Shown one piece after another: positions 20,043-29,458 of a stretch of DNA of 64,000 nt; positions within the stretch are counted from its first letter, which is position 1; the number at the start of each line of letters is the position of its first letter. The DNA is from a virus: positions 28,336 to 92,335 of IMG/VR virus record IMGVR_UViG_3300036770_007174; one strand, 5' to 3'. The position numbers were made by a program, and so were the translations under genes. Below the pieces are notes generated by a model. It saw nothing but the letters and a program-made list of their open reading frames with translations, did no database searches and was not told the DNA's origin.

Positions 20043-20426
20043 CTACTCGCCAGATACTGGTTTGCTCCACTGCACTCCCACCCCCTTCATCAGCGCTGGC
20101 AACGTCACCCCCTCCTCCTGCCGCCCCTCCAGGATCGCCTCCACGATCGCAGGCGCAAGCAGCGTCAGCCGCAACACGTCGCCGACGTATGTCCGGTCCA
20201 GCTTTTCGGCCCGCGCGATATCGGAGACGGAGGCGTAGGTGCCGTCGTCCAGAAGCCGCTTCCACCGGAAGGCCCGCCCCAGCGCCTTCAGCAGCGACGG
20301 ATCGGCGTTGGTCGCAAACTGCCGCGGCGCGGTGGTCAGCACGGACCCTTCCGGCGACACCACCACCTTCCGCCCGCCCCGCTTCCGGATCGCCAGCGGC
20401 ACCCGCACTGTCACCGTGTCGGCCAT
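20043..20426 (-). CDS. Recombinase-associated HTH protein
   Basis: RKRGGRK and ALGRAFRW...RLTLLAPAIVEAIL.GRQ pattern typical of the ORF downstream of DUF2924-linked recombinases; overlaps the recombinase stop. Confidence 0.75.
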   Translation of the reverse strand: MADTVTVRVPLAIRKRGGRKVVVSPEGSVLTTAPRQFATNADPSLLKALGRAFRWKRLLDDGTYASVSDIARAEKLDRTYVGDVLRLTLLAPAIVEAILEGRQEEGVTLPALMKGVGVQWSKPVSGE

Positions 20427-21760
20427 CAGGCTGCCTCGCGCATTGCGTCGCTACCCCGCAGGTCCCGCACCAGGCTCGACAGCCCGTCGACCCGCAGCTT
20501 GATGTCCGCGCCGGTCGGGCCAATGGTCACCCGCTCCACCAGCAGCTGCACCAGCCGTGCCTGCTCGGCCGGGAACAGCTCATCCCACATCGGCTCTAGC
20601 TGCTCCAGCGCCTCGCGGACCTCGGCCTCAGTCACGTCTGGCGCCTCCTCGCGGCAGGCTTTCCAGGTGCCAACGATCACCTCCGGCTGCCGCACCAGAG
20701 CCCGGACCTGGGCAAGCACCACCTGCTCGATCTCGGCTGCGGCAATGCGACGTACGATGTCCGGGTTGGTGGTGTTCTGATCCTTCAGCACCGCCTGCGC
20801 CACGTAGTAGCGGTACTGCCTGCCGCCCTTGCGCGTGTGCGTCGGCGACAGGGCACGACCATCCAGCCCGAAGATCAGGCCCTTCAGCAGCGCCGGCGAT
20901 TGCGCCCGGGCCTGGTTGGCCCTGACTCGCGGGCTGACCTGCAGCACGGCGTGCGCCCGATCCCAGAGGTCCCGAGACACAATGGCCTCGTGCTCGCCAG
21001 CGTGAATCCTCCCCTTGTGCGGCGCCTCGCCCAGGTAGGTCCGGTTGGCGAGTAGCCGGTAGAGGTAACCCTTGTCGATCGGCATCCCGGTCTTCGACAG
21101 GACGCCCTGCTGCCGCAGTTCCTGGGCCAGCTTTGTGGCGGACCTAAGCACGACGAACCGCTCGAAGATCGCCCGCACCTGCCGGGCCTCGCTCTCGACC
21201 ACGATAAGCTTGCGGGCCTCGACCCGATAGCCGAGCGGCACCTTCCCGCCCATCCACATGCCGCGGGCGCGGGACGCGGCGAACTTGTCCCTGATTCTCT
21301 CGCCAATCAATTCTCTTTCGAACTGAGCAAAGCTGAGCAGGATGTTCAGCGTCAGTCGGCCCATCGAGGTCGTTGTGTTAAAGGATTGAGTGACGCTCAC
21401 AAACGTGACGTTGTGCGCCTCCATGGTCTCGACGAGCTTCGCGAAATCCGTCAGCGAGCGGCTGAGCCGATCGATCTTGTGAACCACAATGACATCGATC
21501 CGCCCTTGCTCGATATCGGCCAGTAGCCGCTTCAGCGCCGGACGCTCCAGGGTGCCGCCCGAGAAGCCTCCGTCATCGTAGTAGTCCGGCACCTCGATCC
21601 AGCCTTCCTGGCGCTGGCTGGCGATGTACGCAGCGCAGGCATCGCGCTGGGCGTCCAGCGTGTTGAACTCCTTCTCCAGCCCCTCGTCGGTGCTCTTGCG
21701 GGTGTAGATGGCGCAGCGGATCTTGCGGATCTGCGCGGTGGCCGCGGATTTCTTGCTCAT
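20426..21760 (-). CDS. Large serine recombinase (resolvase + recombinase domains)
   Basis: CAIYTRKS catalytic Ser motif, DRLSRS, TTSMGRLTLNILLSFAQFERE, PLGY; ATG at 21760. Confidence 0.93.
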   Translation of the reverse strand: MSKKSAATAQIRKIRCAIYTRKSTDEGLEKEFNTLDAQRDACAAYIASQRQEGWIEVPDYYDDGGFSGGTLERPALKRLLADIEQGRIDVIVVHKIDRLSRSLTDFAKLVETMEAHNVTFVSVTQSFNTTTSMGRLTLNILLSFAQFERELIGERIRDKFAASRARGMWMGGKVPLGYRVEARKLIVVESEARQVRAIFERFVVLRSATKLAQELRQQGVLSKTGMPIDKGYLYRLLANRTYLGEAPHKGRIHAGEHEAIVSRDLWDRAHAVLQVSPRVRANQARAQSPALLKGLIFGLDGRALSPTHTRKGGRQYRYYVAQAVLKDQNTTNPDIVRRIAAAEIEQVVLAQVRALVRQPEVIVGTWKACREEAPDVTEAEVREALEQLEPMWDELFPAEQARLVQLLVERVTIGPTGADIKLRVDGLSSLVRDLRGSDAMREAA

Positions 21761-22227
21761 GCCAGCCCCCGTTGGTTCTTGAGGCCGAAGAAGGTGAAGC
21801 CGTTCCACCGGGTGCCGGTGATGGCGCGGGCGACGGCCGACAGGGACTGGTACGGCCGCCCCTCCCATCCATAGCCGTTGGCGAGCACGGTCACTGTTTG
21901 CTCCACCCCTTTCCACTCGCGGATGAGGCGGGTGCCAGCGATCGGCTTATCCTGGTGGCGGATGCGGCGGATGATGGCGTTGCCACCGTCCAGCTGCTCG
22001 CCGATGGCCTCGAGCTTCGCCACCGTCTCGGGCTTGAGGCCGCCGTATGCAAGCTCCTGTATGCGGTAAGATAGCCGGCTCTGGATATACGTCCGGCTGA
22101 AGGGCGGCGGCTCCTTGCCGAACAGCTCACGCCATTGCTGCTTCAGCTGGGCGATGGGCATGGCGTGCAGCGCGGCCAGCCGCGCCAGGACCGTGTCCTT
22201 GGGGATGGAAGTGATCAACGTGGTCAT
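21757..22227 (-). CDS. DUF2924 domain protein
   Basis: YRIQELAYGGL, GTRLIREWKG, SLSAVARAITGTRWNGFTFFGL; directly upstream of the recombinase. Confidence 0.9.
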   Translation of the reverse strand: MTTLITSIPKDTVLARLAALHAMPIAQLKQQWRELFGKEPPPFSRTYIQSRLSYRIQELAYGGLKPETVAKLEAIGEQLDGGNAIIRRIRHQDKPIAGTRLIREWKGVEQTVTVLANGYGWEGRPYQSLSAVARAITGTRWNGFTFFGLKNQRGLA

Positions 22228-22448
22228 GCGACTCCCTTTCTCTTGGGGTTCGCATGGACGCGCTGCCGGGCGGTGGAGTGTAGGCGAATGTCTCCACGCT
22301 CCCGAGCCTGGGCGGGGCTGTTTGCACTTTCCGCGGCCATGCGGCTGCGCAGCCGCAGGATGCCCAAGGCGAGGATGGCGCAGACCTCGCGGAGGTCGGG
22401 CGGCAGTAGGGTCGGGAGGGCAATCGAAGGGCGCTGCGGGGTGTGCAT
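22224..22448 (-). CDS. Small hypothetical protein, first gene of the recombinase operon
   Basis: EVCAILALGILRLRSR pattern; stop overlaps the DUF2924 start. Confidence 0.6.
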   Translation of the reverse strand: MHTPQRPSIALPTLLPPDLREVCAILALGILRLRSRMAAESANSPAQARERGDIRLHSTARQRVHANPKRKGVA

Positions 22449-22491
22449 CGCGCTACGATACACATTGGCACGCCGTCGGGGAGTGCGTATT

Positions 22492-22503
22492 TGTAGCGCT
22501 ACA
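22492..22503. promoter_or_regulatory. Perfect 12-bp palindrome TGTAGCGCTACA, candidate repressor operator (OL-like)
   Basis: Lies between the repressor stop and the recombinase operon; degenerate copies occur in the cI-cro gap. Confidence 0.65.
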
Positions 22504-22526
22504 TGATGCGCCGCGGATTCGGCGCG

Positions 22527-23303
22527 TTACGACCCGATCTGCCGTCCCAGCCAGATCACGCGCCCAACCACGGTGAGGTCCTCCGGACGTATCCCGTGCT
22601 GCGCCTCGTATGCCTTGTTGTCCGACAGCACGACCAAATGTTTGCTCGCGAGATCGACCTGCAGTCGCTTCACCTGCAATCCACCATCGGTGCGAATGAC
22701 GTAGATGCCATCCTTCCGCTGGGGCCGCTTCTGCCCGAAGTCGACCAGTACCGTGTCCCCCTGGCGCAGGGTTGGCTCCATCGAATCGCCGTCGACGGCG
22801 ATCACGGCCAAGTCCTCGAGTGGTGCTGCGGTCACCGAGCGCACCCACTCTTCGCGAAAGGCGATGCGGTAGATCACCGTCTCGTTGTCAATTTCGCGGC
22901 CAGGGCCGGCCGAAGCGCGTGTGTCGTAGACTGGCAAGAGCGCCCAGGAGTCCCCTCCCATGCTGACGATCTCAGCGGGGAGGTTGCCAGCAGACGGTGA
23001 TCGTGGTGCCCGCGGCTTGCGGCTTGTCCGCTGATCCAGAAGGGCGGAGGCCTGCTCAGCGGTTGTGACCGCGCCTTGCAGTGCCGGCGCATCCTTGCCG
23101 AACAGCAGCGCCTGCCAGGTGATCCCCAATGCGGCGGCCAACTCGCGTGCTGCCCGCGGCGTCAGGGGGCGCCGCCCGCTTTCATAGGCTCGATAAGTGG
23201 CCTCCGGAACGCCTGACATGCGCGCCAGTTCGGCGCCACTGCCAATGCCATGCTCCTCCCGGAGCCGCTTGAGACGGTCTGCTGTCGATTCCATGCGTTG
23301 CAT
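22527..23303 (-). CDS. Phage CI-like repressor (XRE HTH + S24 peptidase)
   Basis: N-terminal HTH (ELARMSGV..TYRAYESG), ASAG cleavage site, GDSMEP catalytic Ser, VKRL Lys, VVGRV. Confidence 0.92.
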   Translation of the reverse strand: MQRMESTADRLKRLREEHGIGSGAELARMSGVPEATYRAYESGRRPLTPRAARELAAALGITWQALLFGKDAPALQGAVTTAEQASALLDQRTSRKPRAPRSPSAGNLPAEIVSMGGDSWALLPVYDTRASAGPGREIDNETVIYRIAFREEWVRSVTAAPLEDLAVIAVDGDSMEPTLRQGDTVLVDFGQKRPQRKDGIYVIRTDGGLQVKRLQVDLASKHLVVLSDNKAYEAQHGIRPEDLTVVGRVIWLGRQIGS

Positions 23304-23305
23304 TA

Positions 23306-23376
23306 TGTAGCGCTTTCTGCGCGCTTGTGTAGCCCTAAAATTTTCCTACTTCAAGTCTTGTGAATGTGCCGCGACA
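23306..23376. promoter_or_regulatory. Divergent cI/cro control region with three operator-like 12-mers
   Basis: TGTAGCGCTTTC (23306), TGTAGCCCTAAA (23328), TGTGCCGCGACA (23365): 9, 10 and 9 of 12 matches to TGTAGCGCTACA. Confidence 0.6.
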
Positions 23377-23393
23377 GTCTGTATCTGTTGCGC

Positions 23394-23717
23394 ATGAGCC
23401 CCAGCGCATCCCTCCGGTCCGCAGCCGCCGTCAGCGACCCCGCCACCACCGGCGATGAGGTGCGACGCCGTGCGGTGGCAGCGCCGGTCATCCCGCCGCG
23501 CAGCTTCGCCGAGGTGATCGCCCTGTGGCCGAGCGCCGCGGAGCTGGCCGAGGTCCTCGATGTCGAGGCGGTCACCGTGCGGGCCTGGCGCAAGCGCGGC
23601 ATCCCCGCCCGCTACTGGACCGCGGTCGCCCGGGTCGCGCGCCTCAGCAACCGCCCGGTGGATGAGCGGCTGCTGGCCGAGATCGCGTCCATCCGCAGGA
23701 GCCGCGTCCATGGGTAA
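23394..23717 (+). CDS. Cro-like HTH protein
   Basis: Divergent from cI; AELAEVLDV..TVRAWRKRGIP..YW HTH. Confidence 0.75.
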   Translation: MSPSASLRSAAAVSDPATTGDEVRRRAVAAPVIPPRSFAEVIALWPSAAELAEVLDVEAVTVRAWRKRGIPARYWTAVARVARLSNRPVDERLLAEIASIRRSRVHG

Positions 23718-24132
23718 GGCATCGCGCGACAAGGGGCTGCGCCGCGAGCGGGCCATCGTCGAGATCCACACCAAGTCAGGGTTGCGGGCCGAGCGCGTGC
23801 CGCTCTCCGGAGCCAGCCGCTACCGCGGGAATGGTGCGGATGTTGACCTCTACATACGTGGCACCCAGCCGCTGAAGTCCGAGGTCAAGGCGCGCGGCGA
23901 GGGCACCGGCTTCCGCACGCTGGAGCGCTGGCTCGGGGACAACGACGCTCTGTTTCTCTGGCGCGACCGTGCCGCCCCCTTCGTGGTGCTGCCCCTGCAC
24001 GTCTGGCTCGAGGTCGCCGGGCGCAGCGCCCGCGCGGATGCGGATGGCGATGTCGATCGGCGGGAGCGCCGACGCGGTGTCGAACTCGGTCCGGTCGCGC
24101 CCACCGATCCCATCGCCCGCCAGGTTGCCTGA
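23710..24132 (+). CDS. Hjc-like PD-(D/E)XK endonuclease (putative Holliday junction resolvase)
   Basis: SRDKGLRRER, RVPLSGA, ADVD, SEVK. Confidence 0.75.
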   Translation: MGKASRDKGLRRERAIVEIHTKSGLRAERVPLSGASRYRGNGADVDLYIRGTQPLKSEVKARGEGTGFRTLERWLGDNDALFLWRDRAAPFVVLPLHVWLEVAGRSARADADGDVDRRERRRGVELGPVAPTDPIARQVA

Positions 24133-24159
24133 CCCCAGCCCCGCCACCCAGGAGTTTCC

Positions 24160-24636
24160 ATGACGAGCAACCGCACCACCCTGGCCGAGCTGCGCACCAT
24201 GGACGTGCAGCAGCTGGCCGCCCTCCCCATCGATCATCTCGCCCTGCTCGCAGACGACGTCGCCACGCTCAAGTCCGATGCCAAGACGCTCGGCGACAAG
24301 CTCGCCACCGCGCTGCACAGCCGCTTCGGCGACCACGCCGCGGTCACCCGGCGCATTGAGGGCAAGGACACCGGCCGCGTGCGGTTCCAGGTCGGCGGCT
24401 TCGAGATCGTCGCTGATCTGCCGAAGCGCACCGAATGGGACCAGAGCCGGCTGCGGGACGCCGTGGCCGTCCTGCGCGGCTGGGGCGAGGACCCCACCGA
24501 CTATGTGGCGGTCGAGATGAGCGTCCCCGAGAGCCGCTACGCCGCCTGGCCACCGCGCATCCGCGCCCTGTTCGAACCGGCCCGCACCGTGGGCACCGGA
24601 CGACCGACCTACACCCTCAGGAGCACCGAGCCATGA
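24160..24636 (+). CDS. Conserved phage hypothetical protein
   Basis: AGGAG RBS; GKDTG, LPKR.EWDQ, VPESRY.AWP pattern of phage early genes. Confidence 0.7.
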   Translation: MTSNRTTLAELRTMDVQQLAALPIDHLALLADDVATLKSDAKTLGDKLATALHSRFGDHAAVTRRIEGKDTGRVRFQVGGFEIVADLPKRTEWDQSRLRDAVAVLRGWGEDPTDYVAVEMSVPESRYAAWPPRIRALFEPARTVGTGRPTYTLRSTEP

Positions 24637-24839
24637 ATTCCTTCGTCCCCCTCGGCCAGCGCGTCCGCGACGCCGGCGACCAAGCCGTGCCGATGCTGGT
24701 CGACATCATCATCAAGGCCGCCGCGCAGGCGGGCATGGCCCTCGATGCCCTGAGCGAAGAGATCACCTCGCGGGACCTCGAGGAGGTCGACCGCCGGCTG
24801 ACCAACGTGCTGCGCATCCTGCTGACGGGAGAGAAGTGA
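24633..24839 (+). CDS. Hypothetical protein
   Basis: Overlapping start/stop junctions with both neighbours. Confidence 0.55.
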   Translation: MNSFVPLGQRVRDAGDQAVPMLVDIIIKAAAQAGMALDALSEEITSRDLEEVDRRLTNVLRILLTGEK

Positions 24840-25021
24840 TGCACGAGTTGCGCATCCAGGTCGCCATTCCCCTGGCGGGCGACGCCATGGCCAGGGCCAA
24901 GGACGTCGCGGCCTTTGAGCCGACGCTGGACAGCTTCACCGAGGCCGTCGCGCGCGCCGGCGGGCAGATCGAGGTGGACGTCGTTAAGGCCAAGTCGCGG
25001 CCGAGCCGGGAGGTGGTGTGA
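24836..25021 (+). CDS. Hypothetical protein
   Basis: Overlapping junctions within the operon. Confidence 0.55.
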   Translation: MMHELRIQVAIPLAGDAMARAKDVAAFEPTLDSFTEAVARAGGQIEVDVVKAKSRPSREVV

Positions 25022-25806
25022 TGGCCATTTCCCTTGCATCCCTCCGGCGCGGTGGTGAAGCACAGCCGCCCCGGCTCCTGGTCTATGGCGTCGCCGGTGT
25101 CGGCAAGACCAAGCTCGCGGCGGCCGCACCCAACCCGGTGTTCCTGCAGACCGAGGATGGGCTCGGTGGCATCGACGCCGCGACCTTCGGCGTGCTGCGC
25201 AGCTACGGCGACGTCCAGGACGCGCTGGACGTGTTGTATGGCCAGTCGCACGATTTCCAGACGGTGGTGCTCGACAGCCTCGACTGGCTGGAGCCGATGA
25301 TCTGGCAGCACACCTGCGCGATCCAGCCCACCCCGTGGGCGTCGATCGAGCAGCCGGGCTTCGGCAAGGGCTACACCGCCGCGGTCGATACCTGGCGCGG
25401 CTTCCTCGACGGGCTGAACCTGCTGCGCAATGAGCGTGGCATGGGCGTGATCCTGATCGCCCATGCCGACATCAAGCGCTTCGACAGCCCTGAGACTGAA
25501 CCCTACGACCGGTACCAGCCCAAGCTGCACGCCCGCGCCGCGGCGCTGGTGCAGGAGCACGTCGATGCCGTGCTGTTCGCCAACTACCGGATCAGCACGC
25601 TCAAGTCCGACGCCGGCTTCGGCAAGAAGGTCGTGCGTGGCGTGAGCGGCGGCGACCGGCTGCTCCACACCACCGAGCGACCCGCATACCTCGCCAAGAA
25701 CCGCTTCGGCCTGCCCGACACATTGGCCCTCGACTGGCCGGCGCTCGCCGCGGGCATCCCCTTCTACACCGGAGAGACCGCGGCCGCCGCGGAGGAGGTC
25801 CACTGA
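25021..25806 (+). CDS. AAA_24 / Sak4-like phage ATPase (recombination)
   Basis: YGVAGVGKT, TEDG, LDSLDWLE, GFGKGY, LIAH, AKNR. Confidence 0.88.
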   Translation: MAISLASLRRGGEAQPPRLLVYGVAGVGKTKLAAAAPNPVFLQTEDGLGGIDAATFGVLRSYGDVQDALDVLYGQSHDFQTVVLDSLDWLEPMIWQHTCAIQPTPWASIEQPGFGKGYTAAVDTWRGFLDGLNLLRNERGMGVILIAHADIKRFDSPETEPYDRYQPKLHARAAALVQEHVDAVLFANYRISTLKSDAGFGKKVVRGVSGGDRLLHTTERPAYLAKNRFGLPDTLALDWPALAAGIPFYTGETAAAAEEVH

Positions 25807-25807
25807 C

Positions 25808-26347
25808 ATGGCCCAGCTCAACCAGCATTTCGACGCCAACACAGTTGAGCCAGCCGCGCCCTACGAGCTGCTCCCGCCCGGGCGATACGTCGCGCAGATT
25901 GTGCAGAGCGAGATGCGCCCGACCAAGGCCGGCAACGGCCAGCTGCTCTGGCTCGAGCTCGATGTGCTCGAAGGCGCCCACCAGGGCCGCAAGATCTGGG
26001 ATCAGCTCAACCTGGTGAATCCGAACCAGCAGACGGTGGAGATCGCGCAGCGTGCGCTGTCTGCGATCTGCCATGCGGTGGGGCAGCTCCAGGTCAGCGA
26101 CAGCGAGCAGCTACACCTGCGGCCGCTCCAGGTGACGGTCGCGGTCGAGCCCGACAGCCGGGACAAGCATCTTCAGCCGCACGAGCAGCGCAAGCAGAAC
26201 AAGATCAAGGGCTATGCTCCGCTCGGTCCTGCGGCCGCCGCGCGTCCCCCTGTGCCGCAGTCGAGCGCGCCGCGCACGGCTCCTCCCCCGCCGCGTCCGG
26301 CGCCGGCAGCGGCAGCCACCACCCCGCCCTGGCGCCGTGCGGGCTGA
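25808..26347 (+). CDS. DUF669 protein (phage single-stranded DNA-binding-like)
   Basis: LPPGRY, GRKIWDQLNL, NKIKGY, Pro/Ala-rich tail ending PPW; follows Sak4. Confidence 0.85.
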   Translation: MAQLNQHFDANTVEPAAPYELLPPGRYVAQIVQSEMRPTKAGNGQLLWLELDVLEGAHQGRKIWDQLNLVNPNQQTVEIAQRALSAICHAVGQLQVSDSEQLHLRPLQVTVAVEPDSRDKHLQPHEQRKQNKIKGYAPLGPAAAARPPVPQSSAPRTAPPPPRPAPAAAATTPPWRRAG

Positions 26348-26349
26348 CC

Positions 26350-27279
26350 ATGGTCGCTCTGCCTCCTCCCCCCGAACTGACCGTCGCGGCGATCTATGCC
26401 GCGTACGAAGCCGACAGCGCCGATGGGTATCGCGCCCATCTCGGCGCGTCGGTGATCGGGGGCACCTGTGACCGGGCCATCTGGTATGGCTTCCGGTGGG
26501 CAGGCCGGGCGCGGCACACCGGCCGGCTGCTGCGGTTGTTCGAGACCGGGAATTTGGCGGAGGCGCGCTTCGTCGCCAATCTCCGCCGCATCGGTGTCAC
26601 CGTGCTCGACCTCGACCCGAGCACCGGACGGCAGTGGACGCTTCGCGACGCCACGGGCCACTTCGGTGGCAGCATGGACGCGGTGGCCATCGGCCTGCCG
26701 GAGGCGCCGAAGACCTGGCACGTCTGCGAGTTCAAGACGCATAGCGAGAAGTCGTTCCTCGCCCTGCAGAAGGACGGCGTCGCCGCCTCGAAGCCAGCAC
26801 ACTGGACGCAGATGCAGGTCTATATGCACCTCGCCGGCCTCGATCGGGCCTTCTATCTCGCGGTCAACAAGAATACCGACGAGCTCTACCAGGAGCGCGT
26901 GCGCGCCGACGGGGAGGCTGGCCTCCGCCTCCTGGCCAAGGCCGAGCGCATCATCCTGGCGGCGCGCCCACCGGCCCGCATCAGCGACGATCCCACCTGG
27001 TGGCAATGCCGGTTCTGCGACCACCATGCGCTCTGCCACGGCGATGCCATGCCGGAGCGCCATTGCCGCTCCTGCCTCCACAGCACACCGGTCGCAGACG
27101 GCCAGTGGCACTGTGCCCGGCACGCGTGCCTGCTGTCGCTGGACGACCAGCGCCGCGGTTGTGCCGCCCACCTGCTGATCCCCGACCTGGTCCCAGGCCT
27201 GCAGACCGATGTCGGTGAGGACTGGGTGAGCTATCGCATGTCGGACGGCGCGGAATGGCGCGACGGGGTGCCAGCATGA
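26350..27279 (+). CDS. Cas4/RecB-like PD-(D/E)XK exonuclease with Cys clusters
   Basis: HLGASVIG..CDR.IWY, GSMD, EFKT, QMQVYM, CRFCD...C, CRSC. Confidence 0.85.
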   Translation: MVALPPPPELTVAAIYAAYEADSADGYRAHLGASVIGGTCDRAIWYGFRWAGRARHTGRLLRLFETGNLAEARFVANLRRIGVTVLDLDPSTGRQWTLRDATGHFGGSMDAVAIGLPEAPKTWHVCEFKTHSEKSFLALQKDGVAASKPAHWTQMQVYMHLAGLDRAFYLAVNKNTDELYQERVRADGEAGLRLLAKAERIILAARPPARISDDPTWWQCRFCDHHALCHGDAMPERHCRSCLHSTPVADGQWHCARHACLLSLDDQRRGCAAHLLIPDLVPGLQTDVGEDWVSYRMSDGAEWRDGVPA

Positions 27280-28859
27280 CCATTTCCCTGCGCCCATATC
27301 AGCGCGCCGCCGTTGACGCGCTATATGCCTACTTCGCCGAGCACACCGGCAACCCGCTGGTCATCATGCCAACCGGGACCGGCAAGTCCGTCGTCATCGC
27401 CGGCTTCATCCGACAGGCCATTGAAAGCTACCGCGACACGCGGGTGCTGGTCCTGACCCACGTCAAGGAGCTGATCCAACAGAATTTCCTGGCGCTGATG
27501 CGCGCCTGGCCCGAGGCGCCTGCCGGCATCTACTCAGCGGGTCTCTCCCGCCGCGACATCCGCGCGCAGATCCTGTTCGCCGGAATCCAGTCGATCCACC
27601 GCCACGCCTACAAGGTGCAGCGGTGCGACCTGGTGTTGATCGACGAGGCGCACCTGCTCGGCCGCAGCGACAGCGGCATGTATCGCTCCTTCCTGACCCA
27701 ACTGAACGAGATCAATGCCGGCATGCTGAAGGTCGTCGGCTTCACCGCTACGCCCTACCGCCTGGACAGCGGGATGCTGCACGAGGGCAAGGATCGGCTA
27801 TTCACCGACATCGCCTACGAGGTGCCGGTGCTGGACATGATCCAGCAGGGATACCTCTCGCCGGTCGTCCCGAAGCAGACCGACACCCAGCTCGATGTCG
27901 CCGGCGTCGGCAGCCGCGGCGGCGAGTTCATCGCCAAAGACCTCGAAGCTGCCGTGGATCGCGACGAGGTCACGCAGGCAGCCGTCTCCGAGATCGTGCA
28001 GCATGGCGAGGGGCGCGGCTCCTGGCTGGTGTTCTGCGCGGGCGTTGCTCATGCCCTCCACGTCCGTGACGCGATCCGCGAGCACGGCATCACCTGCGAG
28101 ACCGTCACCGGCGACACCCCGGGGCCCGAGCGCGATCGTATCCTCGCTGCTTTCAAGGCGGGGCGGCTGCGCTGCGTCACCAACGCCAACGTGCTGACCA
28201 CCGGATTCGACGCCCCCGGCGTGGACCTCATCGCCCTGCTACGCCCCACCAAAAGTGTCGGCCTCTATGTCCAGATGGTTGGCCGCGGCACCCGCCTCGC
28301 CGAGGGCAAGGAAGATTGCCTGGTCCTCGACTTCGCCGGCAACACGGCTCGGCACGGTCCGATCGACATGGTCGACGGCAGGAAGAAGGAACCCGCCGGC
28401 GACGGCGCGGCGCCCATCAAGGTCTGTCCCGACTGCCAGACCATCAACCACGCCAGCACGCGGCAGTGCATCGAATGCGATCACGAGTTCCCGCCGCCGG
28501 TTGTGAATGTGTCGGCAGTCGCCGCAACTAATGCGCTGCTGTCAACGCAAATCCAAGCCACATGGTGCGATGTGACCGGCGTCAGCTACGCCGTCCACGA
28601 GAAGCCCGGCAAGCCGGCCTCACTTCGCGTCACCTATGAAAGTGGGCTGGCGCGGCACAGTGAATGGGTGTGCTTCGAGCATACCGGCTTTCCACGACAG
28701 AAGGCCGTGGCGTGGTGGCGACATCGTGCGCCGCACTTGCCGGCACCCTCCACCGTCCAGGAGGCGATGCGGCACCAAGACGACCTTCGACAGCCCATCG
28801 CCATCCAGACCCGCCCGGCGGGCCAGTACATCGAGATCGTCAGCATGAGGTTCGTGTGA
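27276..28859 (+). CDS. SF2 DEAD/DEAH helicase (RadD-like) with zinc finger
   Basis: LRPYQ, PTGTGKS, DEAH, TAT, LTTGFD, QMVGRG.R, CPDC...CIEC. Confidence 0.9.
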   Translation: MTISLRPYQRAAVDALYAYFAEHTGNPLVIMPTGTGKSVVIAGFIRQAIESYRDTRVLVLTHVKELIQQNFLALMRAWPEAPAGIYSAGLSRRDIRAQILFAGIQSIHRHAYKVQRCDLVLIDEAHLLGRSDSGMYRSFLTQLNEINAGMLKVVGFTATPYRLDSGMLHEGKDRLFTDIAYEVPVLDMIQQGYLSPVVPKQTDTQLDVAGVGSRGGEFIAKDLEAAVDRDEVTQAAVSEIVQHGEGRGSWLVFCAGVAHALHVRDAIREHGITCETVTGDTPGPERDRILAAFKAGRLRCVTNANVLTTGFDAPGVDLIALLRPTKSVGLYVQMVGRGTRLAEGKEDCLVLDFAGNTARHGPIDMVDGRKKEPAGDGAAPIKVCPDCQTINHASTRQCIECDHEFPPPVVNVSAVAATNALLSTQIQATWCDVTGVSYAVHEKPGKPASLRVTYESGLARHSEWVCFEHTGFPRQKAVAWWRHRAPHLPAPSTVQEAMRHQDDLRQPIAIQTRPAGQYIEIVSMRFV

Positions 28860-29458
28860 TGTCCGCACCATGGAGAAGGCCAACAGACACGGCGCCTGCG
28901 CCGCCGGTCCCGATGACCGAGGCAGAAAAGGTGGCCGACAAGAAGAGAAGGAATCGGGAAGCGCAGGAGCGATATCGCGAGGCGAATCGCGAGAAGATCC
29001 TGGCGAGGCAAAGGGAATACCGCGCCGCCAACCCAGAGAAGACCCGACTGCAGCGAGAGCAGTCGATGAAGCGCTGGAAGGAACGTAATCCGGAGAAGGC
29101 CATCGCCAAGTACGTTCTGCGGTACGAAGCCGTTGGGGATCGCGAGCGTGCGGCGTCCCGGCTGCGGGCGCAGGAGAGACGCGAGCGGGATCGCGAGGCC
29201 GCGCGGGAATATGACCGGAAGTATCGAGCCGAAAACTTGGAGCGGATGAGAGCTCAGGCACGTGCACGTTACGCGCGCAGAAAGCAGTTGAAGGCGGCCG
29301 GTGGCAATGCGCAGCGAACCGATGGCATGCCGGACGTGTGGGAATCCAGCACGGCACTGGGACTGGTTCCGCCGCGAGCGCGGCCTGCGGGCGCACTGGA
29401 CCGTGCCGACCTGCTCGCGGGTGTGCCTCGAGATCCGGAAGGAGCGGCGGATGGTTGA
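28859..29458 (+). CDS. Basic helical-repeat protein (YREANREK-type repeats)
   Basis: ATG overlaps the helicase stop; repeats RYREANREK, EYRAANPEK, RWKERNPEK, KYRAENLER. Confidence 0.6.
   Translation: MSAPWRRPTDTAPAPPVPMTEAEKVADKKRRNREAQERYREANREKILARQREYRAANPEKTRLQREQSMKRWKERNPEKAIAKYVLRYEAVGDRERAASRLRAQERRERDREAAREYDRKYRAENLERMRAQARARYARRKQLKAAGGNAQRTDGMPDVWESSTALGLVPPRARPAGALDRADLLAGVPRDPEGAADG

Noticed and set aside
19852-20070. Possible small TM ORF downstream of the recombinase operon
   Set aside because: One hydrophobic stretch only, overlaps both neighbours, no supporting family.
26350-27279. Cas4-like nuclease as a sign of CRISPR
   Set aside because: It sits in a standard Sak4-DUF669-exonuclease-helicase phage module; no cas1/cas2 or repeat-spacer array was seen in the window.
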